In this document: positions 12,966 to 27,682 of the stretch, piece by piece
Layout: every line of letters starts with the position of its first letter
Position numbering within the stretch: the first letter of the stretch is position 1
Program-made: the position numbers and the translations under genes
Notes under the pieces: model-generated
The model's input: only the letters and a program-made list of their open reading frames with translations
The model's database searches: none
What the model was told of the DNA's origin: nothing
Assembly (NCBI GenBank): GCA_001687465.1
Contig: LVLI01000306.1
Span: 1 to 61,147 of the forward strand
Source: Halocafeteria seosinensis
Lineage: Eukaryota
Length of the DNA: 61,147 nucleotides
Reading direction: 5' to 3'

Positions 12966-13124
12966 CTTAAAACCACAATCATCCCTGTTGGTGTGCTTCC
13001 GTGCTGAAATGCAGTCCACGATCGCTTGCTGTCGATGCTACCTCAACGCACCTCTCGGCACTCAGACTAGCTGCTACAATGTACTACTATGGTAGTAACT
13101 GCAGCAGGTTGTCGGCCGTGAACA

Positions 13125-13571
13125 AACCCTCTGCCACTGCCTCACTTAAAATATGCGAATTTGACTCCATGGAATTCAAATCCAGCTTTCGAAGGACGTG
13201 CGATTTGAGATGATGTTACGGTCATCGCTGGGTAAGAATATACACGCAATCTAAAATGCAGTTTTCTCCCGAATTATCAACAGGGTATTATGGAACGAGT
13301 TATGTTCAGATCGGACTCAAGTCACTTAACCTCCGGCTGAAGTTTCAACCCTCTGCCACTGCCTCACTTAAAATATGCGAATTTGACTCCATGGAATTCA
13401 AATCCAGCTTTCGAAGGACGTGCGATTTGAGATGATGTTACGGTCATCGCTGGGTAAGAATATACACGCAATCTAAAATGCAGTTTTCTCCCGAATTATC
13501 AACAGGGTATTATGGAACGAGTTATGTTCAGATCGGACTCAAGTCACTTAACCTCCGGCTGAAGTTTCAAC
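13125..13571. repeat. Tandem duplication, 2 x 222 bp, apparently identical
   Basis: aaccctctgccactgcctcacttaaa...ggctgaagtttc starts at 13125 and again at 13347. AAC is present at the junction and after copy 2. Confidence 0.95.
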
Positions 13572-14028
13572 GGCACCGATTCGAGTCGAATCAACTGACA
13601 TTCTAATGTAGGATTCGTACCAAGCTAGTGTGTGGACACGATGCGGCCGTTTTAACGAGGGCATGATTAATCCCGCGCCGTTCAATCAGTGTGATTCCGA
13701 TCCATTGACTATCAAGCGGTATACGTTGTTCAATACGTGGAAGCAAGTCGGAATTTCCAATTAGCCAGGCGTGATTATTCTTTAAGGCAAAATGACGCGA
13801 ATAAGCCTTACGATTCGACGTAAGTTACGAATAACGCGACCCATGTTGATCAGAGAGATGGTACTGCTACCGCCTCAATAGAGTGCTGCCATGTGCCTAA
13901 TTTCGCTAGGAAAACAGTTCATCAGCTTTCGCAATGACACACACGGTATAACTGTGGTAGATAATCTGTTCTTATCAACATATCATTGATAACTAACGAG
14001 GTGAAGCCATCTTATACTTATGAATGGG

Positions 14029-14045
14029 GGTGTTTAAGAAACACC
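14029..14045 (-). promoter_or_regulatory. Histone mRNA 3' stem-loop variant (H2B)
   Basis: Sense strand AAAC GGTGTTT CTT AAACACC CCC, 58 nt after the H2B stop. Confidence 0.85.
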
Positions 14046-14103
14046 GTTTAAGGTTCCCAAGTTGCTCCCGCAGGAGAGAAATGGGGCCGCAGAAGCACGA
14101 GGC

Positions 14104-14475
14104 TTATGCAGAAGTGAATTTGGTCACAGCTTTTGTGCCTTCGGACACAGCATGTTTTGCGAGTTCACCAGGGAGAACCAGCCGCACAGAGGTCTGCACT
14201 TCGCGGCTCGAAAGAGTGGCCTTGCTGTTGTAACGAGCAAGGCGACCGGCTTCGTTGCAAAGTCTCTCGAAGACGTCGTTGATGAAGGAGTTCATGATAC
14301 TCATGGCCTTCTTGGAAATGCCTGTTTCGGGGTGAATTTGCTTCAACACACGGTAGATGTAAGTAGAGTAGGTTTCTACTCGCTTCTTGCGGCTTCCGGT
14401 TCCTTTCTTCTTGCCGGCAGCGGCTCCCTTCTTGCCCGCCTTACTGGCGGCTTTTTTGGATGGTGTCTTTGCCAT
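14104..14475 (-). CDS. H2B: Histone H2B, intronless
   Basis: [26 protein letters not shown]...[20 protein letters not shown]. Confidence 0.99.
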   Translation of the reverse strand: MAKTPSKKAASKAGKKGAAAGKKKGTGSRKKRVETYSTYIYRVLKQIHPETGISKKAMSIMNSFINDVFERLCNEAGRLARYNSKATLSSREVQTSVRLVLPGELAKHAVSEGTKAVTKFTSA

Positions 14476-15155
14476 TTTCAAGTTTTTCTTTCGCGAGAAA
14501 AAGAATACACAGGTGAATTTAACGGATGAAATACTTTAGCTTTTCCCAATTCCTTCAAGATGCTTCAATTACTTGGACAGGGTTTACGATTCTGCTCCGG
14601 CAACACAGGCGGGGTGCGTTTCGGATACCTCAGATAGAGCCCCGAAATGCGAGGACGCCAACTGATCCAGCCGGAATGCTCCTGGATTTCAAACAGTGCT
14701 CAACGGGGCACAGAATCATTTTTGAAAATGGGCCAATGGCCATCACTGTCCCATCCAATCAGGTGCTGAGTGCTTAGCTTACCCTGTGCGATTGGCGAGA
14801 AGCTCAGTAGAATACTGGTCTGCCAGATCCCGCCTCTTCAAAGCTGGAGACTCGGACTGAAACAGGAGTTTGCGACCCGAAGCGGCTGATAGCCAATTGA
14901 ACATGTCTTATATGGACTGATGATGAAGATACAAACCTGATACATGTAACTTTTTAAATATGACATGGTGTAAACATTCATAAGCTACCCAATACGGTTG
15001 CTCCATTCTCTGCTTTCATCTCGCAAGTTGACACAACACTTGTGTTGAGCGTACAGTAGTTCTTATGATAGTGGTTGCGGAGCTACGATATCCGAGTCAT
15101 CAGTAACTTGCTGATGTTTTGAAAGTATCTGCATCTCTATCAACACTGAGTAGGT

Positions 15156-15172
15156 GGTGTTTAGAAAACACC
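15156..15172 (-). promoter_or_regulatory. Histone mRNA 3' stem-loop variant (H3)
   Basis: Sense strand AAAC GGTGTTT TCT AAACACC ACC, 39 nt after the H3 stop. Confidence 0.85.
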
Positions 15173-15211
15173 GTTTGTTTCGAACGCATCCAAGACGACA
15201 GTGGAATGCAC

Positions 15212-16240
<1,029 letters not shown>

Positions 16241-16289
16241 GTTCGTGTGCTTTTAACATACAGCTTGTACTACTCGTATCCATCAAAAC

Positions 16290-16306
16290 GGTGTTTTATA
16301 AACACC
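16290..16306 (+). promoter_or_regulatory. Histone mRNA 3' stem-loop variant (H4)
   Basis: AAAC GGTGTTT TAT AAACACC ACC, 49 nt after the H4 stop. Confidence 0.85.
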
Positions 16307-16995
16307 ACCTATGTCTGATATGGTACATTGTTGTAGCACGAGGATCTCGGATATAAGAGTGGCAAATTGGCAATCCTAACCTCTGTTCGAACCAACGATG
16401 TTCAAACGTACTACTCGCATTGGTATGTCTTCACGAACCAATAGAAATGGCATACTCTTTTTGTCTAGAGACGGTATGGAGATGAGCAGGCTGAAACAGC
16501 GCGACGTACGTTTTCCATCTTTGTTCCCGTTGGGAAGATGTTTCTGAGAGTTTCTCTTTACACTCTTTCATTCAGTGTATAGTCTCTAGCCAACGCGTGT
16601 CGTAGGCTACGATAACGCCAAGAATCACGCATTATGCGATCGTATAACAATTAACTTACCGCAAACACTCCACAGCGAGTATTCTGTGACCTTCAATTAC
16701 CAGTAGTTTACAACCACCCAGAAGTGCACCCTAATGGTCGGATCAAAAGCGGCAGATTGCTTCATGCATCCGCAGTAGGACTCCTGCGGTAGGGATTTGT
16801 GAGTCTTGATAGTACAGCTGTGCCTTGCCCGGCGGACGCAGCCCGCTAATTAACAACACTCTACGAATCCGAGTGGATTACTCTGAGTTTGATATAGCCT
16901 CTATTGCTTGGCTAGCTGGAGAGTCTCATTTAGCTCTGTATGAATGACATTGTTTTGCTCCCCTGAATGAATAATTAGTGTAGCGAGCGAAAATA

Positions 16996-17783
16996 ATGAG
17001 ACCTGGTATTCTGCGAGCAGCGACGAGGAACGCCTTGTCTAAACCTTTGCATCTCCAACTATGGGCGCGATCTGGCTTAGCACTCAACACGTGCACACCC
17101 CAAAATGATTGCACAGTCGGTAGATTCCACAATGCTGCCCCGATAAAGCAGCAACAGCACCAGGAAGCGTCTTCTGGAAGAACCACGTCAGCCGAGTCCC
17201 AGTCTACACATTCCCAAGAATTGCCCGAGGAGGACGACCATGCCGAATCTCAGCACCATTACGTATTGTCGAGTGGTACTGAGGTAATTGAGCATGAGCA
17301 TGGTAATGGAGCGTACCCTGAAGAAGGTGAGCAAACGGCAAGCAGAGGTACTTATTCGGTATACGACACTTCATCTGTAGTTGCTTCCCGACATCCAGGT
17401 GAATATGTCTCTCTGCACTGTGTTGGACGACTAAAAGATGATACAGTGTTCGAAGATACGTATAAACAGGGCCAGCCTATGGTATTCGTCCATGGAGCAA
17501 CGCAGGTGGTGATTGGATTAGAGGAAGCATTGTCTCATTTACGAGTTGGAACGAAAGCTACCGTGATTGTGCCTGGGTATGCTGCATACGGATACAAGAG
17601 ACAAGGGGTTATACCTCCTAACAGTGTAAGCGTTCAGATATGGTGTTGAAGTTCCTGACTGAGGCAAATCTCTGTTTACTTTTGCAGACGCTTTATTTTG
17701 ATGTACACGTTTTAGCTGCCGGGGACGATGTATCCCCACCCAATCCATCTCTGTTTCAGCGAATTAAGGAATTTCTCTTCTGA
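16996..17783 (+). CDS. FKBP-type peptidyl-prolyl isomerase with a probable mitochondrial presequence
   Basis: After removing introns near 17328-17398 and 17626-17687 it reads YPEEG|EYVSLHCVGRLKDDTVFEDT...QVVIGLEEAL...AAYG...VIPPNS|TLYFDVHVL. The N-terminus is Arg-rich and acid-poor. Confidence 0.85.
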
Positions 17784-18885
17784 GCTAGCCTGGGAGCGAA
17801 TATAGTGTTGCATGGCAGTGCTCTACGAGCTCTACATTCGGCGTATATTGGGGCCACGATCCACGATAAAACGAATTCAAGGAGCCTGCGGAACTCCCGG
17901 TTGGTTTGAAGTGGTGATGTTGGCATGGCATGTCTGGGAGAGTAATATGCTGAAGGCGAATGCACCCGCTATTCTTGGGATGCAGGCCAGAGGAGCATTA
18001 TCATCGTGAACCACTATGTCCTGGGAGAATTTGCCCGGTTGAGGTTGGACTCGACAGCCAATAATCAGGTCATCCTGTTTCGGCCATTTCTCCGAACTAA
18101 TTGGTGATCTTATACCTGGCCTCTACCTCCACAATTAGTCTGGGAGTAAGATATGTTTACGTGCCTCTGAATACGTTCACGATATCTTGAGAAAGGTGGA
18201 TGAAATACCTGATTGGACGATGCTCGACGGTCCAGTATTCGACAAAACGACTGATCTCGTCTGGGGAATGCAATTCTTTCCGAGGGCTTGTCTGCACGCG
18301 ACACGTATGCAGGTCCTATATATCTGCATGTATAGCCTAACAGAGCAAAGTAGCTTCTCTCTCTCAACACGGCTGTTCTCAGCTTGTACTGAGCAAAAAT
18401 TACCATCGCAAACATTCCACGAAGTATGTTCATCATTTGTTGGCACTTCTTACTCTATGTGACCTCTCGAGCTGTCAAAACTACAACTATTGTATGCCAT
18501 ATTTCGAAGACGCAATTCTTCGGAGCAGTTGGTTCGCACAAGGTCAATGCAATTCTCCCTTCGCAGATGCATCTCTATCTCCACTAAATGTTACGCGTCC
18601 TAACGAAAGACATGCATCCGTGAGAACATTGACCCGATAGATTGCAGCAGAATACCGCATCGATCCATGTAGGATAAGGTATCAATTGGAAGGTGAGAAA
18701 CTCATTGACAACCTCAGCACTGTTCCGCACTGCCGAAGCGTTAACCGGCTCAACTTCACAAAATGCGCTTCGGTGTTTATCGTCCAATACCCAAAGGTAT
18801 ACACCTTTTTCTCTTGATTATTGTCGTATCCAATGAGTGTAGATGTTAGCAGGATGATTGGGGTATAGAATGCTGCTGTAGTAGA

Positions 18886-21132
18886 ATGAATCGATATCAT
18901 GTAACAGAGGCATTGGGCGATGTAAGTGCTACTTCTTCAACTTTGAATTCCTCATGTTTATGATGCTTATTTAAGAGCCGTGCACCGTGTGATTTCTCTT
19001 TTTGACTACGGCAGGGAACATACGGTTCGGTACTCTTGGGTACTAACCGCGAGACGCGGGAGCGTGTGGCGATAAAAAAGATGAAAAAGAGTTTTTTGAC
19101 GTGGGAGGAATGCATGCAATTACGAGAAGTGAAGAGCTTAAAGCGCTTAAGTCATCCTAACATTGTCAAATTGAAGGAAGTTATCCGAGAAGATGATTGC
19201 CTATACTTCGTATTCGAAAGAATGGAAAAGAACCTATTTGACGCCATAAAGGACCGAGCGAAACCCTTTAGCGAGTTAACAGTTCGCAACATCATGTTCC
19301 AAATCTTCCAAGGTCTCGCATATATGCATAAACATGGATTCTTTCACAGGGATATCAAACCAGAAAATATGTTAGTGAAGGGCCAGACGGTCAAAATCGC
19401 AGATTTTGGTTTAGCACGGGAGATTCGATCGAGACCTCCCTTCACCGAGTATGTTTCGACTCGTTGGTACCGGGCTCCTGAAGTACTACTGAGATCTCAA
19501 ACCTATAACAGTCCAGTGGACCAATTTGCATGTGGATGCATAATGGCAGAACTCTTAACTTTGCGCCCCTTATTTCCAGGGGCGAGTGAAACAGATCAAC
19601 TTTACAAGCTATGCTCCGTACTAGGAGCGCCTGCTTCTAGCGACTGGCCTGACGGTTTAAAGCTGGCTTCGAAGATGAATTTTAAATTCCCGCAGTTCGT
19701 CAAGACCCCTTTAGAGACTTTGATCCCGCGGGTTAGCCATAATGCTGTGGAGGTGTTGGAGGCCTTGTTGCAGTTCAACCCCAACAATCGCCCGACAGCA
19801 TCTCAGATTCTACGCTACCCCTTTTTTACGAGTGGAATCCGGCCTGTCCTTGGATTAGCCCCAATACAACACGTTAATGCACCTACCGCTACCGAAAATG
19901 ATGAGCCGATCTCTTCAATGAAACAGTCTGTGAAGAATAGTGCTCGTCAAGGATCTCCTGGAATTCCTTTTGAGGAGATTGGGTCCAATGTTGATGGTGG
20001 ATTCAAAGAGGCGCCGTTACCGGTCTTTGTATCTCAGCGACAGGGTCTAGAAGACGACGAACCCTCAAGCGATCTTAGTAAAGAAAGCCAGGGACATAGA
20101 CGCAGGAAGGCGGATCGTAGCAAGCACAAGCAGCTCTCGAATTCGAGGTTTAGACGATCAGTCATTGAGGACGACGGATCTTTAGCAGCCCCGCGAGGAG
20201 AAGCTCCTCCTATATATGATGAGAATTTGAGGGAGGAAGATACTGTCCCTTTCCGGCAAAACCCTGTGGAGATCGGAGACAACCACGATGAGGGCGGTAT
20301 CGAGGATCAACGTAAGCGTCCGCTCGAAGAGTATCAAGGTCGACAAAGAGTTCGCTCATCAGAACTGTCCTATCAGGAAGCGTGGGACAGGAAGACAAAG
20401 GATGCTCTGGCACAGCAAGGCTACACACAAGAGAATATTAACTCCCGGAGAGCGGAGAGTGACGGGTCTCTCGCTAGTAATGAAAATCCTTCGCGGCGCG
20501 CCTCACGCGCCTCTTCTGGGCGCCGGTCTCGCTTCCCTCTCAAATATACAGGAGGACAGGAAGATATAGAAGTTGGATCGTATCCAAAGCAAGAGCAAGA
20601 TAGATCTCAGAGGAGTTCTCGTAGCAAGCACACCTATCATTCATCACCGACAGAGCCGGTTCCGGTCCGTGATCCCCTGTTTCCTTCCTATGGTGAGTCT
20701 CAGGATCTGGATAGCAACTACAAGGAGCAGCACCAAACTCACATAGAGCCAGAACATTCTTATAGGAGGCGCGAGGGATCGCAGCCGCGTCGAACCCCCC
20801 ACTCACGGTCTCAGGTGGAGCCTTCGTATCCAGTTCAGGACGATGCTTTGGACCATTTTACCCAAGACTTTACTCAGAATCGAGTGCGTGGACACTCAAA
20901 CACGCGGTATGCAGGCCCAATCCCCCCTTATGCAGAATTCCACGACACAGCAGATTCTCACTTCAGTAGAAAGCAACCTTCCTCCACTCACGCAGCTTAT
21001 AGGAATGACAGGAGGGACACAGAAACATACGACAATGTTCGACGTGCTGGAAGTTTTGCCGCTGTCGGCGGCTCTATCTTTGGGGGCTCGTCTCGTCGAT
21101 CACATATGCAGAGTCAAATACAGTTCGGATGA
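18886..21132 (+). CDS. RCK-family (MAK/ICK-like) Ser/Thr kinase with a long disordered tail
   Basis: Exon 1 [12 protein letters not shown] splices to GTYGSV. Motifs [28 protein letters not shown] and [27 protein letters not shown]. Confidence 0.95.
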
Positions 21133-21283
21133 TGGTTAGTGGATGTTATAAATCGAATTGATGGAATAGGGAAAGAGGAGGGTAGAAAAGGTCTCATTTG
21201 AATGGTTTGCCTGAACGCTTGTGTGTATTAAGCAACCAGGCTGTGATGAAGCGAGTACTTTTCTATACAGGGTAAATTCTAGG

Positions 21284-22664
21284 TTATATGTCATCAATAT
21301 CTAGCGCAGCACTGTCATCAGCAGCGCTACTTGCCTGGACAGAAACGGTATCCATGTGCTTGCTTCCTGCACTACCGCTTGAAGTCGAAGTCGAATGCGG
21401 TCTTCCAGGCAAGTGGAGTCCGAGCTTATCGTAGAAGTTGAGTATCATGTAGTTATGAACTGGATCTCCGCTTTCGAAGGTGCATGTGGGAATATCATCG
21501 GAGCGTTCTTCTCCGATCTCTTCTTTCCATGAATGTATCAACTTCCTCGTTTCTTCAACGTCTTCCGTACTGAGACGCACCGCTTCAAAGGACATAGTGT
21601 CGGCGTTATCAACTGGAAATGAGCACATAACATGTTTTCATTGGAGGTACTACCGTTTGTAATATAGAAACCAAGGAATTGAATCAACGCATACCTGTGG
21701 GCATTTGGTGAGTTGTCTTCCTCAAAACCGTCAACCACTCGAAATCAAATTCCAATCTCACTGGTGAATTGTCGCTTGAAGCCTGTGGGCTTTTGATGTC
21801 AAGCAGTTGCAAGAATCGTTTCCCGGGTAGACACTTATCCAATGCGAGAAACCTTGTCTGCTCATACCTCGTCGCAGACCACTTCCCCGCCGGCAAGTTG
21901 TCCGTAAACGGCGCCTCGGAGACTTCACCGGAGTGGCGAATAACGGAACTAAATTTCGTATGCATGTGTCCCGAGAACCAAAACGCAGGACGAAGCCACT
22001 TGAGGAGCCTCGAGGTCATCGGATTGCCTAACATCTGCGCTCGAATCTCGTCCCCAAAATGTTGTTTATGGCGAATGAGCTGTTCAATATCTCCGTCGGC
22101 GTCTGTGGAAGAAGTGGCAATTGTTGGCCAATCGTGGGAGATCATAATGTCCACGGGAGAACCCAGTGCGGGAAGCTGAGCTAGTTTATAGCATTCCCAT
22201 GACCGTGTATGGTACACTGTCCGGCGGTGTTTCTCAGTCAAGGGGAATCGTTCAAACAGTGGCTTCCCGAAATCGTAATCTTTGTAGATACCAGAAATCC
22301 CAGAAATGCGTAATCCTCCCACACGTATGCTCCCTGAATGCCCCAAGAAGTACATATTGGGCGCAACCCATCCACCGTAATAGAGATCGTACAAGTAATT
22401 CACAGCCTCATGGTTCCCTCCGACAAAAATGGTCAGCACTGGGGCTACTTTCTCCCCGTTAAAGTACGCCGGGAAGCTATTCATCTGCCGAAATTTAGGA
22501 GGACAGGCCATATGCTGTAAGTCATATTCATCTCGTGTCGACTGGAAGTCTCCACAGCAGATGAGGAGGTCCACTTTGACTCCATTCGTCCTTTCCAGTT
22601 CCTGAACCGACGCGTAGATGTCATCTAATGCACCATGAGCGCACCCTTCCACGGCTATATACAT
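21284..22664 (-). CDS. DBR1: RNA lariat debranching enzyme, 2 exons
   Basis: Motifs IAVEGCAHGALD, CCGDFQ, GGNHE, SHDWP, WFSGHMH and TRFLALDKCLPGKRFLQ. Intron near 21695-21614. Confidence 0.95.
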
Positions 22665-23087
22665 TATTCACCACGATCAAGCATATCTCACTGTATTATT
22701 TTACAGCACTTGGTTTTGAATGATGTAAGGAGTTACAAAACAGCATGAAAAACTCTTAGAATTTGTGCATTATTCTACTATAGTAATCATTGTGGCGCCG
22801 TATACATAGAGTACATCCGACGGACAATTCATTCCAAAGAAATCGAGAGGTTCAAAACGTACTCCAAAATTGCAAGTCCAACCACAACCAAGGCATTGAA
22901 CCTTGCTTGAGGTGCGCTTACCCTGAAGCATTACGTTACATGATACGGTGTACAACAGCGCACACAATGTATGCTCCGTGACATGCAGTTTGTATGATAC
23001 AAATATAGAGAGATTTCAAAGTGCTCTAACAATCATTAAAACTTGATTGGAATGGACAGACTTCTCGGTAGAATATCGAAGAGGCTT

Positions 23088-25785
23088 TCACCCACTCCAG
23101 GTTTTGACGGGGTCAGGATCTGGCCAGTTGCCCGAATCCACCCCAATAGCACTCAGTTGGGATAAACTACTGACTGCTATCTTCGTTATCGCCTGAACTT
23201 TTTCCGACAGACAGACGCTATAATCCCGATCGAAGTCATCCACTGTATACTCTGAGGAGAGACGCATATCTTGGCGGTTCAGTCTCCGAGCACTCATTAC
23301 ATCCAAACAAAGATCGATAGGTGTAAAGGGTATTCCAGGGGGATGTACTAATGCTGCCTCCGCCAACTTTGCCAAAAACCGAGGAGCAATAGTTGGTGCG
23401 TGCCCTTGAACCCATACAGCGTACTTCTTATGGTCTTCAAGGTTACCAACAAGTCGACGGTGCGTAAAGTCAACACCAGCTAGATCGGTCATGTTAGATT
23501 TAGCTAGCTGGGGGACATAGTGGAGCTGTGACATGATATCATCCCTGCAACCCAGTTTCGGAATAAGCAACAAGTATTCTATGCAAAGCCTGATTCTTCA
23601 GTGAGGAATCACATACCAAAAGTCGATGCCATTGTCGGCTGGAATGACAAGCGCTGCAATGTCAGATCTCCGGCGATATAGGGTCTCTTCAATATCAATG
23701 TCCTCCAGTTCTTTAGGCTTCGTGACTAACGACAAAAAGGGCCGCGTATCATTTTTCCATGTTCCGGAATACTTCTTACCGATCTCACTTTCGTCATAGC
23801 TGGACATTCGGTAATCAAAATCAACAGGTTCAATAGGATATTCAGCAGCCGATCTAGCAGGACGGCTATGCTCAGGTGTAACAAAAGAAAGAAATTTTTT
23901 GGCTTGAATAAACGCTCCTACTTGCATTGTATACCTAATAGTCTGATGCGATTCGCTGGAGAGAGAGTAAACGGATTCTTCGAAGGACGGACTGTCCGAG
24001 ACATGAGCAACCAACCCTTTCTTTGTGTTGCTTATCCGTACGTCCTGGCCTACATTAAAGTTCTTCCGGATAATATTCGCCATACTCGTCCCAAACTTTT
24101 GCTCAGCATGAAACGCGACCGCATGGACAGCTGTATGTATTTTGCGTATTTGCGCTTTCTGTAATTGCATCCTGCGCTCCTCCAGGCTCTTGGCTAGGGT
24201 GAGTGTCTCTTGCGCAGAGCCAGGAGTGGCGCCGCGAAGAACCTCTTCCTCGCTTGTATCAGCTCCAGCAGAGACAGTGGAGCAGAAAAGCTGCGTCACA
24301 ACTTTTTCCTCTTTTCCACTAGTAGCAATATTCTTCTTTTTCAGGCACGGAGAGTACACGGGTGCAAACGTCCGGGGAGCAAACAGGAAGCCCATAAACG
24401 TAGAACGCATCACTGTTGCTCCTTCAGAAATAGAAAATTCATCAGAAGAAAAATGAGCCGCATGGTATTCATTTTGAGCTGATGTATACAATGCATCGTC
24501 TTCGTCTCGACTTCCTGTGGCGAGGTTATGAACTATTTGGTGCAACTCGTCTTCTTGCTCGCTTGAGATTGCTTCCCCCTCCACCAAAAAGTGTAGTCCC
24601 GTGTGTATGAACTCCTCCACTATATAGGGCATCGAAACTAACCCTACTGTCATGTGGACAGAGGATTCGGACTGAATATCCCCTAAGCCGGCTTTGGGAC
24701 CACCGCGGATGCCTGACTTCACTCCTGTCGGTGTATCTGAATCAGCGTTCACAGCATGATGCGGGGTACCACGCGGCAAGTACAAAATGTCACCAGGACC
24801 CAGGGTCAATTGAACAGGTAACGTTGTGCTATTGGCAAATTCGGGGTAAGGAGTCAAGTGCCCATTTGTCGAAGCCCAAAGCTCATGCTCTTTTGCTCGC
24901 TGTAGCACAGAATGGGCAAAATTATTCATCGTTTCAGGATGCTGATCAAAGAGCGGAAGAGGCATCACCGGTGGATATATATTCCATGTCTTTTTCCCGT
25001 TGACCTGTAGTTCGCAGCTTGCTGTAGCTTTGAGCAAGCATAAGATGCTTCCAAGATTTCTTACCTGAATTATGAAAACATCCATAACATCGTGATGCAA
25101 TCGCAAAGCAGGGGTACTCTTTGGCGGAGAAACGTAGACGTTTACTTCAGATGTCACAAAAAGCGAGGAGTATATGGCGTTAGTCACTGCTGCCACTTTC
25201 CTGAGATGATCGTGTTGGGAGTGTAATACCAAGGAATTGCGTCCAGACAGTAGCTGCAACGCTTGCGATCGGATAGATCTTCCTATCTGCTTTTCCAAGG
25301 AAGCACCTGCTTTACTGCTGGGTTCGAATACCTCATTCAATTCTGTCTTGATGCCATCAATGGTTGTGGAATGATGTTGACTTCCTCCCTTCGGATTCTC
25401 CAGCATCTGGGAGTACCGCCTTTCGAGAGCAGCGATCACGTCCGTCTCCGTAAAGAGTTCCCTGACTACGCTCGGTTCTATTGCGTGACTCACATACAAC
25501 GGAGAATGCTGCACCACAAATCATCCACGATTCCGACATTCCACCCGACGCCAACCGTATTATAACCAACTCATTTCTTACCTCGAATGCCTCCAATTGA
25601 AATCGCAATCTATCCTCAACCGTCTTGAACATTGGTAGGACGTGAATCTGGTCCCGGGACGAGTTTCCCTGTAAGATGCAGATTCGGCGCATGGTATCCA
25701 ATGGTTGGGCTTCTGTATGACATATTACGACGCACACCACCACGAGGACGGTGCCCGAGACACTTCCTCGAGGTGGGAGCGACAT
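23088..25785 (-). CDS. JmjC/Cupin_4 (ROX-like) oxygenase with predicted signal peptide, paralog B (4 exons)
   Basis: Motifs VNVYVSPP, LRLHHD, IQ|VNGKKTW and LGPGDILYLPRGTPHHA. Shares the C-terminal motifs FAPRT(F/Y)AP, RRRSD, PPGIPFT and IGVDSGNWP with paralog A. Hydrophobic N-terminus VLVVVCVVICHTEA. Confidence 0.85.
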
Positions 25786-26170
25786 TTTGATACACCTCAG
25801 ACAGACCCCACTATTGTGATCCACTAGGAACTAAAAGACACATTTCTTCACCACGCAGACACCCTCCCGACCCATCAATACACCATAATACAGCTTCCGG
25901 TCCGCCGGGGGAAGTTCAGCTGAAGCAAGACGACAAACAAAAGTTGGAGAAAGAAATGATTGGTGTGTTCGTAACTTCAATCAGCCTGTAGAAAGTCAAC
26001 CTGCCGTTTAGGGTTGGTGTTCATGAATGTGGCTTTTGTTGGAGTCTAAATTGATGGGAGAGGGTACGTGATTTTGTCGAACGTGGTTGGAACAACTAAT
26101 CAGAGATAGCGAGGTGAATTACGAGCGGGATACATTAAAACACAAGTTGAATTTAGGGAACGACTCACCA

Positions 26171-27432
26171 ATGTCGGCCAAGGCCAACGTCTCTCAGTGG
26201 TCGATATCTGGCGATTTCGGGGGACCACCACCATCATCTGGAGGTAGAGGCCGTCAACACGGTATGATCGATCGACGCGCGGCGCAGCAAGGTCCCGTGG
26301 GCATTGTTCCCGGGGCTTCGCCCCCTCCGACGAACCAGTCTCAGGCTCGCGCTGCTGCTGGAATGGCAAGCACTCGAGGAAACGTAGGCAATGGTGATAT
26401 AATTTCCCACACCCCACGATCGTCTTCAGGGACACTTCAGCCTCTGGGTGGATCGCATCGTGATTCTCCCATGGCAGCATCGGAACGCGGGGGTTATCCG
26501 CAGATGCAGCATTCTCCCCAGCAACGTGAACCTCAAGCCCAGCAGCAGCTGCCACCGAGGCATAATAACTATTCTCAAAGACCGGAACAACATTATCATC
26601 ACGAACGTGTTATGGATGGCCACAGCAGTGTAGATGATTTTGACTTTTCGAAATACTCTTCTCGACACGGCGGAGGCCCTCCGCCGAGAAACCAAATGCC
26701 TCCACTGCAGGTTCCTCCGCAGGGCCAACACGCTTTCCCTCATCATGATGGAATGAGCTCTACCTATAGTCAGTCTGTGGCCAGTAGTGTTCGAGAAGAC
26801 GTATACGAACAGAAACGCTACATGTACTTGTCAGGGAGACGGTTACAGCCACCACCCGCACTTCCTAATACTCCTCACGGACAAGGTTTGCCCCCTCGCC
26901 CTGTACAGCCTCGCCAGCAAGAAGAACAGGCCCAGCGGCAGTCTTCTTTGGGGGAAAACGGTGTTCAAGATTTGGAACCTAGAGGTAAGTACCTCACCAT
27001 TGAAACTAGTGTTCTAGTCTACGGGCGTTTTGGATATTTATTCACCATACAGGACGCAACCCTCATATCGAAGGAGTAAAGAGTGGGAGAAGAAGGACGG
27101 AGATATGGGAACGGAGAAGGGAAGAATTTATACGGCGAAAAAGAAGGGAACAGTCTTCTAGGCCTACCAGCGGTGACAGTGGTGGACAATACGACGAAAA
27201 CCGAGTCCTTCACGGCCGACGTGCTGGAGTTCCGCGAAGCGATAGTCTTAAGTCTTTTGGCTCAGGGTTGCAGGAGATGCCGCCTACACCCGTTGGTCAG
27301 CAACCGGTGAATTCCAATCGAGTTCAGCAACATGCGCCACCCTCTGCAGGCGCATCAAGTGCTCGTACTCGGGGAACCGCATCATCCCGCGGTCGTCCTC
27401 CCGGAGGTGCCAGCTCGATTCAGCTAGGCTAG
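26171..27432 (+). CDS. Disordered Pro/Gln-rich protein ending in a SPIRAL1/Jupiter-like PPGG motif, 2 exons
   Basis: Intron 26985-27052. Exon 2 is open to ...RGRPPGGASSIQLG* (TAG at 27430-27432). Confidence 0.65.
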
Positions 27433-27682
27433 AAAAATATAACTCTTCCGGCAATGTGTCTCTGTTTGTAAAACATAATCTTCGCACTTACTACCGCATC
27501 GCTACACCGAGTCGTCCCTTCCATGGTATTTGCGTTCCGCGCGTCAAGACGTTTGAAGTTAACGAGTTTACTTCACAACGTGGTAGACTATAGTGAAACT
27601 GGAGGTTTGGTGGGCTACATAGAGGAGGGCTGTAGTCGGTACAATACTAGGGTTGTGTTCAGCAAGAGCTCCGGTATCAGAC

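Noticed and set aside
13955..13992. ATCTGTTCTTATCAACATATCATTGATAA resembles U2 snRNA stem IIa
   Set aside because: The branch-site recognition sequence GTGTAGTA and the conserved U2 5' stem are absent, so it is probably a chance 14-nt match. An Infernal U2 scan would settle it.
17790..18880. Possible decayed coding sequence between the FKBP and the kinase
   Set aside because: Stops occur in all frames and I could not recognise any homology.
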